Assembly (NCBI GenBank): GCA_963677925.2
Contig: CAXXYH010000003.1
Location: forward strand, 608,001 to 672,000
DNA from: Spirochaetia bacterium
GTDB taxonomy: Bacteria; Spirochaetota; Spirochaetia; UBA9216
DNA: 64,000 nucleotides
Direction: 5' to 3'
The position numbers and the translations under genes are program-made. The notes beneath the pieces were generated by a model. That model made no database searches and was not told the DNA's origin. It worked only from the letters and a program-made list of their open reading frames with translations. The first letter of the stretch is position 1. Each line of letters begins with the position of its first letter. Positions 29,666-39,640 of this stretch are shown in pieces.

Positions 29666-31297
29666 TCAGATATGAAGGCCGTGATGACCATGCCACATTG
29701 AGTCGCGGAGGTTTCTGACATCCTCGCTTGCAAGGTACTCGTCAAACGGCATCATCCGGTCAATTATACCCTCGGGAGTGAACTCTATAATCCTGTTGGC
29801 TATAGAATGAACAAACTGGTGGTCATGAGAGTTGAACATTAAAACTCCCGGAAACTTGATAAGCGCATTGTTTAGTGCTGTGATAGATTCAAGGTCCAGA
29901 TGGTTTGTCGGTTCATCCATAATAAGGCCGTTGGCGCCCTTGAGCATCATCATTGAGAGCATACAGCGGACCTTCTCGCCTCCGGAAAGAACCTTAACCT
30001 TTTTAAGCGACTCTTCACCGCTGAAAAGCATCCGGCCCAGAAAGCTTCTGACATCGGTTTCATCATCAATCTTGTACTGGGTCAGCCAGTCTACGATCGA
30101 CATATCGACATCAAAGAAATCTGAATTATCTTTTGGAAAGTATGAAGTTGTGATTGTAACTCCCCAGCTGAATTCACCTGAATCAGCTTCGATATTGCCT
30201 GAAAGTATATCGAACAGCGCGGTCTTTGTGCTATGCATAGGGCCAACAAAGGCAATTTTATCATCACGGTTCATGGTAAGACTGAAATCTTTAAGGACAT
30301 GCTCACCATCGACAGTCTTGTTAAGGCCTTCGATAGTCAGAATATTGTTTCCGGGTTCACGATCCGGCTTGAACTCGACATAGGGAAACTTTCTGGAGGA
30401 AGGTTCAATATCATCTATTGTCAGTTTATCAATCAGTTTTTTTCGGCTGGTTGCCTGCTTTGCCTTTGAAGCGTTGGAACTGAACCGCTGAATAAATTCC
30501 TTAAGTTCGGCAACCTTATCTTCACGTCGCTTTTTATCATCCTTCATCTGCTTCAAAGCGAGCTGACTTGCAAGGTACCAGAAGTCATAGTTTCCGACAA
30601 AGAGTTTAATCTTGCCGAAATCAACATCGGCAATATGAGTACAAACCCTGTTAAGAAAGTGTCTGTCGTGAGAAACAACAATAACGGTATTCTCGAACTT
30701 GTACAGAAACTCTTCGAGCCATGCAATTGATTCAAGATCAAGGTTGTTGGTTGGCTCATCAAGAAGAAGGATATCGGGATTTCCGAAAAGAGCCTGAGCC
30801 AGAAGAACACGAACCTTCTGGTTACTTTCAAGGTCTTTCATATCCTTGTAGTGGAGATCCTCGGGGATTCCAAGCTGGCTTAGAAGAATCGCCGCTTCAC
30901 TTTCCGCTTCCCAGCCGTTCATTTCAGCAAATTCACCTTCAAGTTCAGCGGCGCGAAGTCCGTCTTCTTCGGTAAAATCAGCCTTTTCATAGATGGCATC
31001 TTTTTCAGTCATAACTTCATAGAGTTTCTGATGACCCATTATAACAGTATGAAGCAGTGAATATTCATCAAAGGCGAACTGGTCCTGCTTAAGAACAGCC
31101 ATTCGTTCTCCTGGACCTATAATAATATCTCCCTTGTCAGCTTCAAGCTCACCTGAGAGGATTTTAAGAAAAGTCGATTTACCGGCGCCGTTTGCCCCGA
31201 TAACACCATAACAGTTTCCCGGCAGAAATTTGATATTTACGTCTTTAAAAAGAGCCCTTTCGCCGAAAGAAAGGGAGACATCGCTAACAGTTAACAT
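29666..31297 (-). CDS. ABC-F family ATPase (YbiT/YkpA-like)
   Basis: Two ABC domains without TM segments; GNCYGVIGANGAGKST, DEPTNNLD, SKAKQATSR. Confidence 0.93.
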   Translation of the reverse strand: MLTVSDVSLSFGERALFKDVNIKFLPGNCYGVIGANGAGKSTFLKILSGELEADKGDIIIGPGERMAVLKQDQFAFDEYSLLHTVIMGHQKLYEVMTEKDAIYEKADFTEEDGLRAAELEGEFAEMNGWEAESEAAILLSQLGIPEDLHYKDMKDLESNQKVRVLLAQALFGNPDILLLDEPTNNLDLESIAWLEEFLYKFENTVIVVSHDRHFLNRVCTHIADVDFGKIKLFVGNYDFWYLASQLALKQMKDDKKRREDKVAELKEFIQRFSSNASKAKQATSRKKLIDKLTIDDIEPSSRKFPYVEFKPDREPGNNILTIEGLNKTVDGEHVLKDFSLTMNRDDKIAFVGPMHSTKTALFDILSGNIEADSGEFSWGVTITTSYFPKDNSDFFDVDMSIVDWLTQYKIDDETDVRSFLGRMLFSGEESLKKVKVLSGGEKVRCMLSMMMLKGANGLIMDEPTNHLDLESITALNNALIKFPGVLMFNSHDHQFVHSIANRIIEFTPEGIIDRMMPFDEYLASEDVRNLRDSMWHGHHGLHI

Positions 31298-31351
31298 GGC
31301 TTGACCATACCGGAAAAAGGGTAAAAAAACAACCCTGATGAAGTTCGGGAA

Positions 31352-32266
31352 CTAAAGTTTAAATTCGATTGTTACCTCGGTACCACCGTTGCGAACGATG
31401 CTGTAAGTGCCGTCCAGCTGCTGAACAAGAGCTTCTATAAGCGTCATGCCGAATCCTGAAGAGTTATTTTTATTAAGTTCTTTCTGAATTCCCTTGCCGT
31501 TATCATGAACAGACAGTACGGCCTTATCACCGGAAATACGGGATTTTATCACTATCTCAGGTTCTTTTGTTTTTCCAAAAGCATACTTCATCGTATTGGT
31601 AAGTATCTCATTGATCAGAATAGCAAGAGTCTGTATCCTTCGGGCATCGAGATTGATACTCTCCAGTTCCTTTTTGACAGTTACAGCATCAGAACCGGGA
31701 AAACTTGAAATGATTTCATCTGCGAGCAATCCGATATATTCGCTGATATCAGCGTCATAGAAGTTTTCAGACCGGTAAAGTTTGTCGTAGAGCAGCGTCA
31801 TACTTTCAACACGGGCCCTTGCATCATCAAGCGCTTCAACAGCCACCGGGTCTTTAAGAGGTGCCGCCTGCAGCGACAAAAGACTGCTTATTGTACTCAT
31901 GTTGTTTTTAATTCTGTGATGTACTTCTTTCAATAAAAGCTGCTTCTCTTCAAGCAGTTTTTTGATATCTTTTTCGATCTTAAGATGCTCCATAAAAAGG
32001 ACACCTATACCGCGAAGGCCGAAAAACATAAGTGTCGATATGATTATTCCAAGTATTTCATTTGAGAGAGCTATCTTGTACTCGGGATCTGAAAGCAGAT
32101 AATAAAGAGGGGCTATTCTTCGAACAATCATAAGGACAAGACCTGCTGAAATGAGAAGCCAGAATACTCTGTAATCGGTTAGCCTGATAAAACGGATTGC
32201 AAGGACTACAGCAGCAAACTGGATGATTATTGACAATATCAGTGCGATAAATGCCGCTAAATTCAA
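31352..32266 (-). CDS. Membrane sensor histidine kinase (HisKA_2 type)
   Basis: 3 TM helices, LLKEVHHRIKNN, NEILTN..KYAF, DNGKG, GFG..L. Confidence 0.9.
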   Translation of the reverse strand: MNLAAFIALILSIIIQFAAVVLAIRFIRLTDYRVFWLLISAGLVLMIVRRIAPLYYLLSDPEYKIALSNEILGIIISTLMFFGLRGIGVLFMEHLKIEKDIKKLLEEKQLLLKEVHHRIKNNMSTISSLLSLQAAPLKDPVAVEALDDARARVESMTLLYDKLYRSENFYDADISEYIGLLADEIISSFPGSDAVTVKKELESINLDARRIQTLAILINEILTNTMKYAFGKTKEPEIVIKSRISGDKAVLSVHDNGKGIQKELNKNNSSGFGMTLIEALVQQLDGTYSIVRNGGTEVTIEFKL

Positions 32267-32383
32267 TTTATCTGCTCTCCCGTCTAATTATCGAAATAAA
32301 ATACCATAAAATTTACTAATAACTTGAAATAGATATTTTGTTACCTATACTTAAATCAGTAATAAAACTATTGGAGGAAAAAT

Positions 32384-32605
32384 ATGGCCGATTGTGAATG
32401 CCTTCCAGGATGTCCGTTTTTCAATGACAAAATGGGAGATATGCCTTCTACAGCAAATCTGATGAAGAAAACCTACTGTCAGGGGAACTGGTCAACCTGT
32501 GCACGTCATATTGTATTTGAAAAATTGGGAAGAGATGCGGTTCCTAATACCCTGTATCCGAACATGAAAGATAAGGCTATGGAGATTCTGACGAAATCAG
32601 CCTGA
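32384..32605 (+). CDS. Small Cys-rich hypothetical protein
   Basis: GGAGG RBS; CECLPGCPFF...YC.G....CAR...P..LYPN. Confidence 0.8.
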   Translation: MADCECLPGCPFFNDKMGDMPSTANLMKKTYCQGNWSTCARHIVFEKLGRDAVPNTLYPNMKDKAMEILTKSA

Positions 32606-32644
32606 TGCTTTAGCGCTCAATTTAAGCTCTCAGCTTAAGCATCA
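32603..32644. terminator. Inverted repeat between convergent genes
   Basis: TGATGCTTTAGC ... GCTTAAGCATCA (11/12 complementary). Confidence 0.5.
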
Positions 32645-32660
32645 AACTCAAACCTGAAGT

Positions 32661-33965
32661 TTACAGCTCCCGCTTATCAATAACACGTCTGATCTTGCCG
32701 CCGGAAGACCGCCCAAGGCTTCCCGGTTCGGTCAGCGTTATACGGGCATGCATTCCAGCCGACACCCGCAATTCCTCTCTTACACGCTCCTTGAAGCTCT
32801 CTATATGTTTGACCTCATCAAGTGAAGGAAAATCAGGACTTACTTCAATCTTCAGTTCGATACTGTCTTTTCCCTCATCCCGATCAAGCACTATCTGAAA
32901 ATGCGGCTCAACACCCTCTATGTCTATAAGTATGGCTTCTATTTGTGATGGAAACAGGTTATTACCTTCAACAATGATCATATCATCAATTCTGCCGCCG
33001 ATACGTTCAATTCTTGCTGTAGTTCTTCCGCAGGAGCATGCTTCCCGGTTGATTTTTGAAATGTCTCCGGTGCGATATCTGATAAGCGGAAAGGCCTGTT
33101 TGGTAAGTGTGGTAAAAACCAGTTCCCCCTTCTCTCCGTCGGGAAGAACTTCCAGTGTTTCGGGATCAATAATTTCAGCTATAAAATGATCCTCATTCAC
33201 GTGCATTCCGCAATACTCTTCACATTCAAATGCAACGCCGGGACCGATAATTTCACTGAGCCCGTAATTATCAAAAGTTTTAATCTTAAGCCGGGCCTCA
33301 ATCTCATCACGAAGTTTTTCACTCCAGGGCTCAGAGCCGAGTATTGCAGTCGAAAGGTTGAGTTCCTGGGAGTTTATTCCCCTTCTTTCGAGCTCTGACA
33401 GAAGATGCAGTGCATACCCTGGTGTTGAAACAAGGATCGATGAGCGGTAGTCCTTCATTATCTTAATCTGCCGTAGAATCTCTTCCCCTGAAGCGGGTAT
33501 TACTGAAGCGCCTAGTTTCTCTGCACCATAATGAAAGCCAAGGCCTCCGGTTGACTGCGAATAATCGAAGGCTATCTGTACAAGATCTGTTCCGCTCACA
33601 CCTGCAGCAGTCAGTACACGGGCAACAAGAGCTGACCAGATTGCAATATCGTTTCTTGTATACCCGACAACAACAGGAACACCCTTTGTACCGGAGGTAG
33701 AATGTATCCTGACAATATCACGCAGAGGAACAGCAAAGGCTTCATAGGGATAGCTTTTTGTAAGATCCGCCCGGGTGGTGAACGGAAGCTTCTGAAAATC
33801 ATTCATTGATTTTACTGATGTCGGATCGATGCCGGAGGAATCAAACTGATTTTTATAGAAGGAAACGTTTCTATAAACATGGTTCAGTGCAATTTGAAGA
33901 CGTTCAAGCTGAAGTTCAAGGAGGTCCTCCCTGTGCATGGATTCATATTCTCGTGAGTAAATCAT
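32661..33965 (-). CDS. paaK: Phenylacetate--CoA ligase family
   Basis: RIHSTSGT.G, YGLSEIIGPGV, PLIRYRTGD, GRIDDMII, GK..RVID.R. Confidence 0.88.
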   Translation of the reverse strand: MIYSREYESMHREDLLELQLERLQIALNHVYRNVSFYKNQFDSSGIDPTSVKSMNDFQKLPFTTRADLTKSYPYEAFAVPLRDIVRIHSTSGTKGVPVVVGYTRNDIAIWSALVARVLTAAGVSGTDLVQIAFDYSQSTGGLGFHYGAEKLGASVIPASGEEILRQIKIMKDYRSSILVSTPGYALHLLSELERRGINSQELNLSTAILGSEPWSEKLRDEIEARLKIKTFDNYGLSEIIGPGVAFECEEYCGMHVNEDHFIAEIIDPETLEVLPDGEKGELVFTTLTKQAFPLIRYRTGDISKINREACSCGRTTARIERIGGRIDDMIIVEGNNLFPSQIEAILIDIEGVEPHFQIVLDRDEGKDSIELKIEVSPDFPSLDEVKHIESFKERVREELRVSAGMHARITLTEPGSLGRSSGGKIRRVIDKREL

Positions 33966-33966
33966 T

Positions 33967-34716
33967 TCATTCCTCCTCATCAGTAAATGAACGGTAATCC
34001 TTTCCCAGATAAGCCCGCTTCACCTCATTGTTATCAAGCAGTTCTGAAGCTGTTCCTTCAAGCATAAGCATTCCGGTTTCCATCACATATCCCCGGTCCG
34101 CAATCTCGAGAACCGCTCTGGCATTCTGCTCTACTATTAAAATGGTTTTACCCTGCTCTCTAAGGTTTTCTACAACTTTGAAAATATCCTTTACGATAAG
34201 CGGTGCAAGCCCCATGGAGGGTTCATCCATAAGCAGAAGTTCAGGCTCGGACATCAAGGCACGTCCAATGGCAACCATCTGCTGTTCGCCGCCCGACAGG
34301 GTCCCGGCAAGCTGACCTGCGCGTTTCTCAAGAACAGGAAAGAGTTCGTAAATTTCCTTAAGCGTGTTCATTACCCTGTCCTTCTTACCGCTTCTGATGA
34401 GAGTGTACCCGCCGAGTATAAGGTTTTCATATACTGTCATTGCCGGATAAAGCTGGCGGCCTTCAGGTACCAGAGCGCATCCTCCTTTCACAACGACGTG
34501 AGGTTCAGCCTTCGTAACATCGGCACCTGCAAGTTTTATTTCACCTGAAAATGGTCTAATCAGTGCCGAAACAGTGTTCAGGAGAGTTGATTTGCCTGCG
34601 CCGTTTGCACCGATGATAGTGACTATCTCACCGCTGTTAACATGAAGGCTGATGCCCTTGAGAACTTTAAGCTTACCGTAGCCTGCTTCAAGATTTTTAA
34701 TTTTAAGCATAGTCAC
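33967..34716 (-). CDS. livF: LIV-type ABC transporter ATPase
   Basis: GANGAGKST, VPEGRQ, LSGGEQQM, DEPSMGLAP. Confidence 0.9.
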   Translation of the reverse strand: MTMLKIKNLEAGYGKLKVLKGISLHVNSGEIVTIIGANGAGKSTLLNTVSALIRPFSGEIKLAGADVTKAEPHVVVKGGCALVPEGRQLYPAMTVYENLILGGYTLIRSGKKDRVMNTLKEIYELFPVLEKRAGQLAGTLSGGEQQMVAIGRALMSEPELLLMDEPSMGLAPLIVKDIFKVVENLREQGKTILIVEQNARAVLEIADRGYVMETGMLMLEGTASELLDNNEVKRAYLGKDYRSFTDEEE

Positions 34717-35479
34717 CGCCCAGATATATCCTGATCACATCCTCGTTCTGCTGAATTTCAGAAGGCCTGCCCTCAGCTATTTTCTGACCGAAGTTCAGAA
34801 CTACTATCTCATCAGAGATATCCATTACCAGGCTCATGTCATGCTCAACAATCAGAATTGTTCTGCCCTGCACTCTTAAGTCCTGAAGCTGCCCGGCAAG
34901 CTCTTCTGTTTCATGCATATTCAATCCGGCGGCAGGTTCATCAAGCAGAAGTACTGCCGGATCCGGAGCGAGCGCCCTTGCTAGCTCGACAGCCCTCTGA
35001 TTTCCGAATGAGAGGCTTCCGGTTTCCTCATCTTTAAATTTATCTATGCCCAGCCATTCAAGCAGAGGCATTACCGCATCGACAGCGTCTTTCTCTTCTT
35101 TACGTGAAGCTTTTGCAGAAAGCATTCCTGACAGAAATCCCGCCTTTGTTCTTGTATGATATCCAAGCAGAACATTATCCAGGACACTTAGATTGCTGCT
35201 GAGTTTTAAATTCTGAAATGTCCTTAGTATACCTTCGGATGCAATATCATGGGGCTTTTTACCTGTTACATTCTTTCCCCGGAAGAGTACTTCACCATTA
35301 TCCGGTGATATATATCCTGCAAGCATGTTGAACAGAGTTGTTTTCCCTGCCCCGTTGGGGCCAATAACAGCCTTGATTGTGGACTGCTCAACATTGAAAC
35401 TTACTTCATCAACAGCATGAAGACCGCCGAAACTTTTATCTATTCCGTTAACAGAGAGGAAATGAGTATTTTCAGCCAT
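34703..35479 (-). CDS. livG: LIV-type ABC transporter ATPase
   Basis: GPNGAGKTT, RTFQN, LDEPAAG, VEHDM, YLG. Confidence 0.9.
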   Translation of the reverse strand: MAENTHFLSVNGIDKSFGGLHAVDEVSFNVEQSTIKAVIGPNGAGKTTLFNMLAGYISPDNGEVLFRGKNVTGKKPHDIASEGILRTFQNLKLSSNLSVLDNVLLGYHTRTKAGFLSGMLSAKASRKEEKDAVDAVMPLLEWLGIDKFKDEETGSLSFGNQRAVELARALAPDPAVLLLDEPAAGLNMHETEELAGQLQDLRVQGRTILIVEHDMSLVMDISDEIVVLNFGQKIAEGRPSEIQQNEDVIRIYLGGDYA

Positions 35480-36500
35480 TCTTTTTCCTCCTGCGTATTA
35501 TCCCTTTTGGCATGAACATCATCATCAGTACAAGTACTACTCCGAAAACTGCATCATCAAAATGTCCGAAAACACCGCGCAGCGAGAGGAAGTTCAGAAC
35601 CAGGCCCATTACCAGTGTTCCCCAGATATTCGCCATTCCGCCCACCGCGACTATAGCCACGTAACGGACCGACTTGGCAACAGATGCTTCCGAAGGGCCT
35701 ATACCGCCGTTGTAATGCGTCAGGAAAAAACCCGCAGCGGCGGCAAATACGGCACCTATAACAAAGACTCTCACCTTATATTTGGCAGTATCAACACCCA
35801 TGGCTTCAGCAGCTTCTTCACCGCTGTGAAGCGATCTCAGTGCACGGCCTGTACGTGAGTTTATGAGGTTAACAAGCAGCAGTACCGCAATAAGCACAAT
35901 AGCCCAGGCTATATAGTAATTTGATATGCGGCTCTGAAAATCTCCGCTGACAGAAAGCCCCGGAATAATTTTAAACGGCGGCACATTGGTAATCCCATCC
36001 GCTTCGCCGAAGGCCTTGGTTCCAAGAACTATCCGGTAGATTATTATTCCAAATCCCATTGTTGCCATTGCCAGATAGTGACCTTTGAGCTTTAATACCG
36101 GTACACCGATTGCAAAAGCTGCGGCTGCAGAGAGCAGCAATGCGGCAATCAAAGATACCCAGGGAGTGATGTGGACAATCGTATCTCCGTACAGTGATTC
36201 TCTTGAAACAAGGATTCCTACTTTAAGTAGAGTTTCAGCTGCGGCGCTCTCTGCAACTGCTGAAAAATCTATTGTGGTTAAAAAGGCAGTAAGGTATCCG
36301 CCTATAGCAAAAAACCCGGCCTGCCCCAGTGAGATCTGGCCTGCATATCCCATAACCATGCATAGGCCGAGGGCTGTAAGAACATAGTAGGCAGACATTG
36401 TCAGCTGAGTCAGAAGGTAGGCCGTCCCGGTTATTGCCGTAAGAATCTGTATTATTACGGCGGCTCCGGCCAGTATGAAAACCGGCAGATATCTTTTCAT
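35472..36500 (-). CDS. livM: LIV-type ABC transporter permease
   Basis: GYAGQISLGQAGFF, LKGHYLAMAT, SRTGRAL. Confidence 0.88.
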   Translation of the reverse strand: MKRYLPVFILAGAAVIIQILTAITGTAYLLTQLTMSAYYVLTALGLCMVMGYAGQISLGQAGFFAIGGYLTAFLTTIDFSAVAESAAAETLLKVGILVSRESLYGDTIVHITPWVSLIAALLLSAAAAFAIGVPVLKLKGHYLAMATMGFGIIIYRIVLGTKAFGEADGITNVPPFKIIPGLSVSGDFQSRISNYYIAWAIVLIAVLLLVNLINSRTGRALRSLHSGEEAAEAMGVDTAKYKVRVFVIGAVFAAAAGFFLTHYNGGIGPSEASVAKSVRYVAIVAVGGMANIWGTLVMGLVLNFLSLRGVFGHFDDAVFGVVLVLMMMFMPKGIIRRRKKNG

Positions 36501-37391
36501 TTAATAGTCCTTGAGTGAACCGGCAGCCCTTGAGCCGAAGAGCCCGCCGGGACGTACTACCAGAATAATAAGCAGAATAATTATTGAAACAACATCCTTA
36601 TATGCCATGGGCATTAGACTGATGCAGAAACTTTCTATTATGCCGAGAAGCAGACCGGCGGCTACTGCGGCAATCGGATTACCCAGCCCGCCGAGTATTG
36701 CAACAGTAAACCCCTTTACTGCCAGATCACTGCCCATTGCGTAGTGAGTCTGGGTCAGCGGAGAGACCACACATCCGCCGAGAGCACCGATTCCGGCGGA
36801 GACCATAAATGACAGATTTATCATCCTTGAGGTTCTGATGCCGCAGAGATTAGCAGCCCTGGCATTCTCGGAGCAGGCCCGTAATGCCTGACCTGTAAGT
36901 GTGTACTTCAAAAAAAGATACAGCCCTGTAACAACAACAGCTGTAATTCCAAGAACCCACAGAACCTGCGGAGAAATACGCGCGCCAAAAATGCTGACAG
37001 ATGAAATTTCATTTCCTGTAAAGAACCTTAAAGCTCTTATCTTTTCATCCCATATATAAAGAGCGGCCTCCCTGATAAGTATGGAAATTCCAATGGTTAT
37101 TACAATCATTCCAAGTACCGAGGATTCCTTCATCCTTCTGATAAAGACATTCTCGATAAGCCCGCCGATAAGCGAAGTAATAAGGATTGCCAGAGCTATT
37201 GCTGCAGGCAGAGGCATTACCGCTGAGAAGCTGAAAGCAATCATCCCCCCGAGCATAACAAACTCACCCTGGGCAAAGTTTATGATTCCGGTGGCGTTAT
37301 AAATAATGTTGTAACCTATAGCGACCAGTGCATAGATGCTGCCTACGGTTATTCCTGAAAATATGTATTGAAGTATCTGCTGTAATGACAT
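36501..37391 (-). CDS. livH: LIV-type ABC transporter permease
   Basis: GSIYALVAIG, INFAQGEF, KGF...ILGGLG, RPGGLFG. Confidence 0.88.
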   Translation of the reverse strand: MSLQQILQYIFSGITVGSIYALVAIGYNIIYNATGIINFAQGEFVMLGGMIAFSFSAVMPLPAAIALAILITSLIGGLIENVFIRRMKESSVLGMIVITIGISILIREAALYIWDEKIRALRFFTGNEISSVSIFGARISPQVLWVLGITAVVVTGLYLFLKYTLTGQALRACSENARAANLCGIRTSRMINLSFMVSAGIGALGGCVVSPLTQTHYAMGSDLAVKGFTVAILGGLGNPIAAVAAGLLLGIIESFCISLMPMAYKDVVSIIILLIILVVRPGGLFGSRAAGSLKDY

Positions 37392-37412
37392 TGCTTACCC
37401 GGTGGAAAAATC

Positions 37413-37433
37413 AGGGGAGCCATAGACTCCCCT
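37413..37433 (-). terminator. Intra-operon hairpin after the substrate-binding gene
   Basis: AGGGGAG-7 nt-CTCCCCT followed on the minus strand by GATTTTT. Confidence 0.6.
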
Positions 37434-37441
37434 CTTTCAAT

Positions 37442-38593
37442 TTATGGATTTAAAAGATCAAACTGACCGTTTCTGACAGTGAGCATTTCCAGTGAATCTA
37501 TATCCAGGCCGTTGTGATCGGCAGCAGTCATTTTAAAGATTCCGCCTGTACCTGCAAAACCGTTGATTTTTTCAATTGCAGCCCGCAGTCCGTCACGGTC
37601 AGTTGCGCCGGAGGCTTTAAGCGCTTCGATAATCAGCATAATGGAATCATACGCATGTCCTCCGAAGGTACTTACATCTTCATTGTATTTGCTTTCATAT
37701 GCAGACTTGTAGGCAACAAGGTTTGCCTTCTGCGGATGACCTTCGGGAAGCTTTTCAGCAACAAGAAGTCTTCCTGCCGGAAATATGATGCCTTCTGCAG
37801 CTGCACCGGCAGCCTCAACATATTTTATATTTCCGAATCCGTGACTCTGAAAGAGAGGCATATCCATTCCAAGCTGCTTCATGTTCTTGGGTACAATTGA
37901 CTGGGCAGGCACGATGGACCAGTTTACAACAGCTTCTATATTCTGAGACTTCAGCTTTGTAAGAACAGCTGTAAGATCTGTGGCCGCACTATCGTATGTT
38001 TCTGATGCGGCAATATCAATCCCGTATTCAGGAGCATATTTTTCAAGCTGTGCCAGACCTGCGTTTCCGAACCCGGTGTTTGCACCAACAATACCGATTC
38101 TGCTTATCCCCATATCGTTCATAGTAGAGAATATCCATTCGGCTACGTAATTATCCTTCTGCGGTGTTTTAAACACATAGCTTGCAACAGGTTCAACAAT
38201 TGCTTCTGCTGCTGAACAGGAAAGCAGCGGAGTCTGGTATGACTGACAGAGATCCTTTATCTGCATAGTCTCACCGCTGGTTGATGGACCGATTATTGCG
38301 ATAACCCGGTCTTCTTCAATCAGCTGCTTTGCAAAGGAAATAGCCTTTTCAGGATTTCCTGCTGAATCCTTGATTATGAGCTCTATCATCTTTCCGTTAA
38401 TGCCTCCGGCTGCATTAACTTCCTCTGTGATCATCTCTGCAGTCTTAGCTTCCGGTGCGCCTAAAAATGAAGCACCTCCCGTGACTGCTAAAATAGCACC
38501 TATCTTTATTGTTCCTTCCTCTTTCTGACCTCCTGCAAAAAGTGAGGCCGTGCATAATCCTGCTATCAACAGGACAGCTGTTATTTTTCTCAT
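37442..38593 (-). CDS. LIV-type ABC substrate-binding protein
   Basis: Start ATG 38593 (GGAG RBS); IKIGAI, NAAGGINGK, IIGPSTSG, DHNGL. Confidence 0.9.
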   Translation of the reverse strand: MRKITAVLLIAGLCTASLFAGGQKEEGTIKIGAILAVTGGASFLGAPEAKTAEMITEEVNAAGGINGKMIELIIKDSAGNPEKAISFAKQLIEEDRVIAIIGPSTSGETMQIKDLCQSYQTPLLSCSAAEAIVEPVASYVFKTPQKDNYVAEWIFSTMNDMGISRIGIVGANTGFGNAGLAQLEKYAPEYGIDIAASETYDSAATDLTAVLTKLKSQNIEAVVNWSIVPAQSIVPKNMKQLGMDMPLFQSHGFGNIKYVEAAGAAAEGIIFPAGRLLVAEKLPEGHPQKANLVAYKSAYESKYNEDVSTFGGHAYDSIMLIIEALKASGATDRDGLRAAIEKINGFAGTGGIFKMTAADHNGLDIDSLEMLTVRNGQFDLLNP

Positions 38594-38624
38594 CTTCTCC
38601 TCCAGAATGACTGTACAGCACAAA

Positions 38625-38662
38625 ACTGACCCTATAGTCGGTTACTGACCGTACAGTCGGCT
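38625..38662. promoter_or_regulatory. Tandem palindromic operator upstream of the liv-paaK operon
   Basis: ACTGAC-cctata-GTCGGT and ACTGAC-cgtaca-GTCGGC with a 19-bp period. Confidence 0.65.
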
Positions 38663-38749
38663 ACTTACATTACAATACGCAATTGAATATTGCAAGAAAT
38701 ATTTTACTTTGGCACTTCAATTGAAATATATTTATAAGAGGGGACAATT

Positions 38750-39580
38750 ATGAAAGTAAGATTGGGAACATGTTCATGGAATTACCCTTCATGGTCGGGC
38801 ATTGTGTACAGCAGCAGGATGAGCAGGGCTGCAGACTACCTTCCTGAGTATTCAAAGCATTATAATACAGTTGAAATTGACAGCTGGTTTTATAAAATTC
38901 CCGATCCTTCAGAGGCAGAAGATTACGCTTCAAAAGTCGGTGAAGATTTTCAATTCACATGCAAGATTACCAACAGGCTTACCCTCACACACCTGAGGGG
39001 AACAAAGAACCGCCCGCCGGAAGAAAACCCCGAGTTTCTGTCACCTGAACTATTTATTGATTTCCTGAACAGCAGCGGACCTCTTCACTGTAAACTTGGA
39101 TGCATCATGTTTGAGTTTGAATACCTCAATAAACAGAAGATGAGTTCTTCCGGCATGTTTATTAAGAAAGCGGAAGCCTTTATCCGGCAGATTCCCAGGA
39201 ACATACCTGTAGCCTTCGAAATAAGAAACCCTAACTACCTTTCAAGCGAATATTTCAGCTTCCTGCGTGAATATAATATCGGGCATGTCTTTTCTGAGAA
39301 GATATACATGCCTCCTGTTACGGAGGTCTACAAAAGGTTCGGAAGCATTCTTACCCCTCATACAGTCATAAGGCTTCTGGGCGGTGAACGGCGGGACATC
39401 GAGCTGCTGACAAATAATACCTGGGACAGGATTGTCCAGCCCAAGGAAGAGCTTATAAACATTATACAGATGACGCAGGACCTCTACTCGGGAGGAAAGA
39501 AGATAACTATAAACGTGAATAATCACTATGAGGGCTGTGCACCGCTCACAATAAAAAAAATACAGGCGATGCTTAACTGA
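38750..39580 (+). CDS. DUF72 family protein
   Basis: GTCSWNY..W.G..Y, VEIDS.FY, FEIRN, NNHYEG.AP. Confidence 0.92.
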   Translation: MKVRLGTCSWNYPSWSGIVYSSRMSRAADYLPEYSKHYNTVEIDSWFYKIPDPSEAEDYASKVGEDFQFTCKITNRLTLTHLRGTKNRPPEENPEFLSPELFIDFLNSSGPLHCKLGCIMFEFEYLNKQKMSSSGMFIKKAEAFIRQIPRNIPVAFEIRNPNYLSSEYFSFLREYNIGHVFSEKIYMPPVTEVYKRFGSILTPHTVIRLLGGERRDIELLTNNTWDRIVQPKEELINIIQMTQDLYSGGKKITINVNNHYEGCAPLTIKKIQAMLN

Positions 39581-39640
39581 ATACCAATAACAGCTGAATA
39601 TTCGCCGTCTGAACCTGTAGATGATGATAGGGAGATTAAT

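Noticed and set aside
38709-38725. Sigma54 promoter TTGGCAC-N5-TTGAA upstream of DUF72
   Set aside because: The -12 element is GA rather than the conserved GC; too weak to call.
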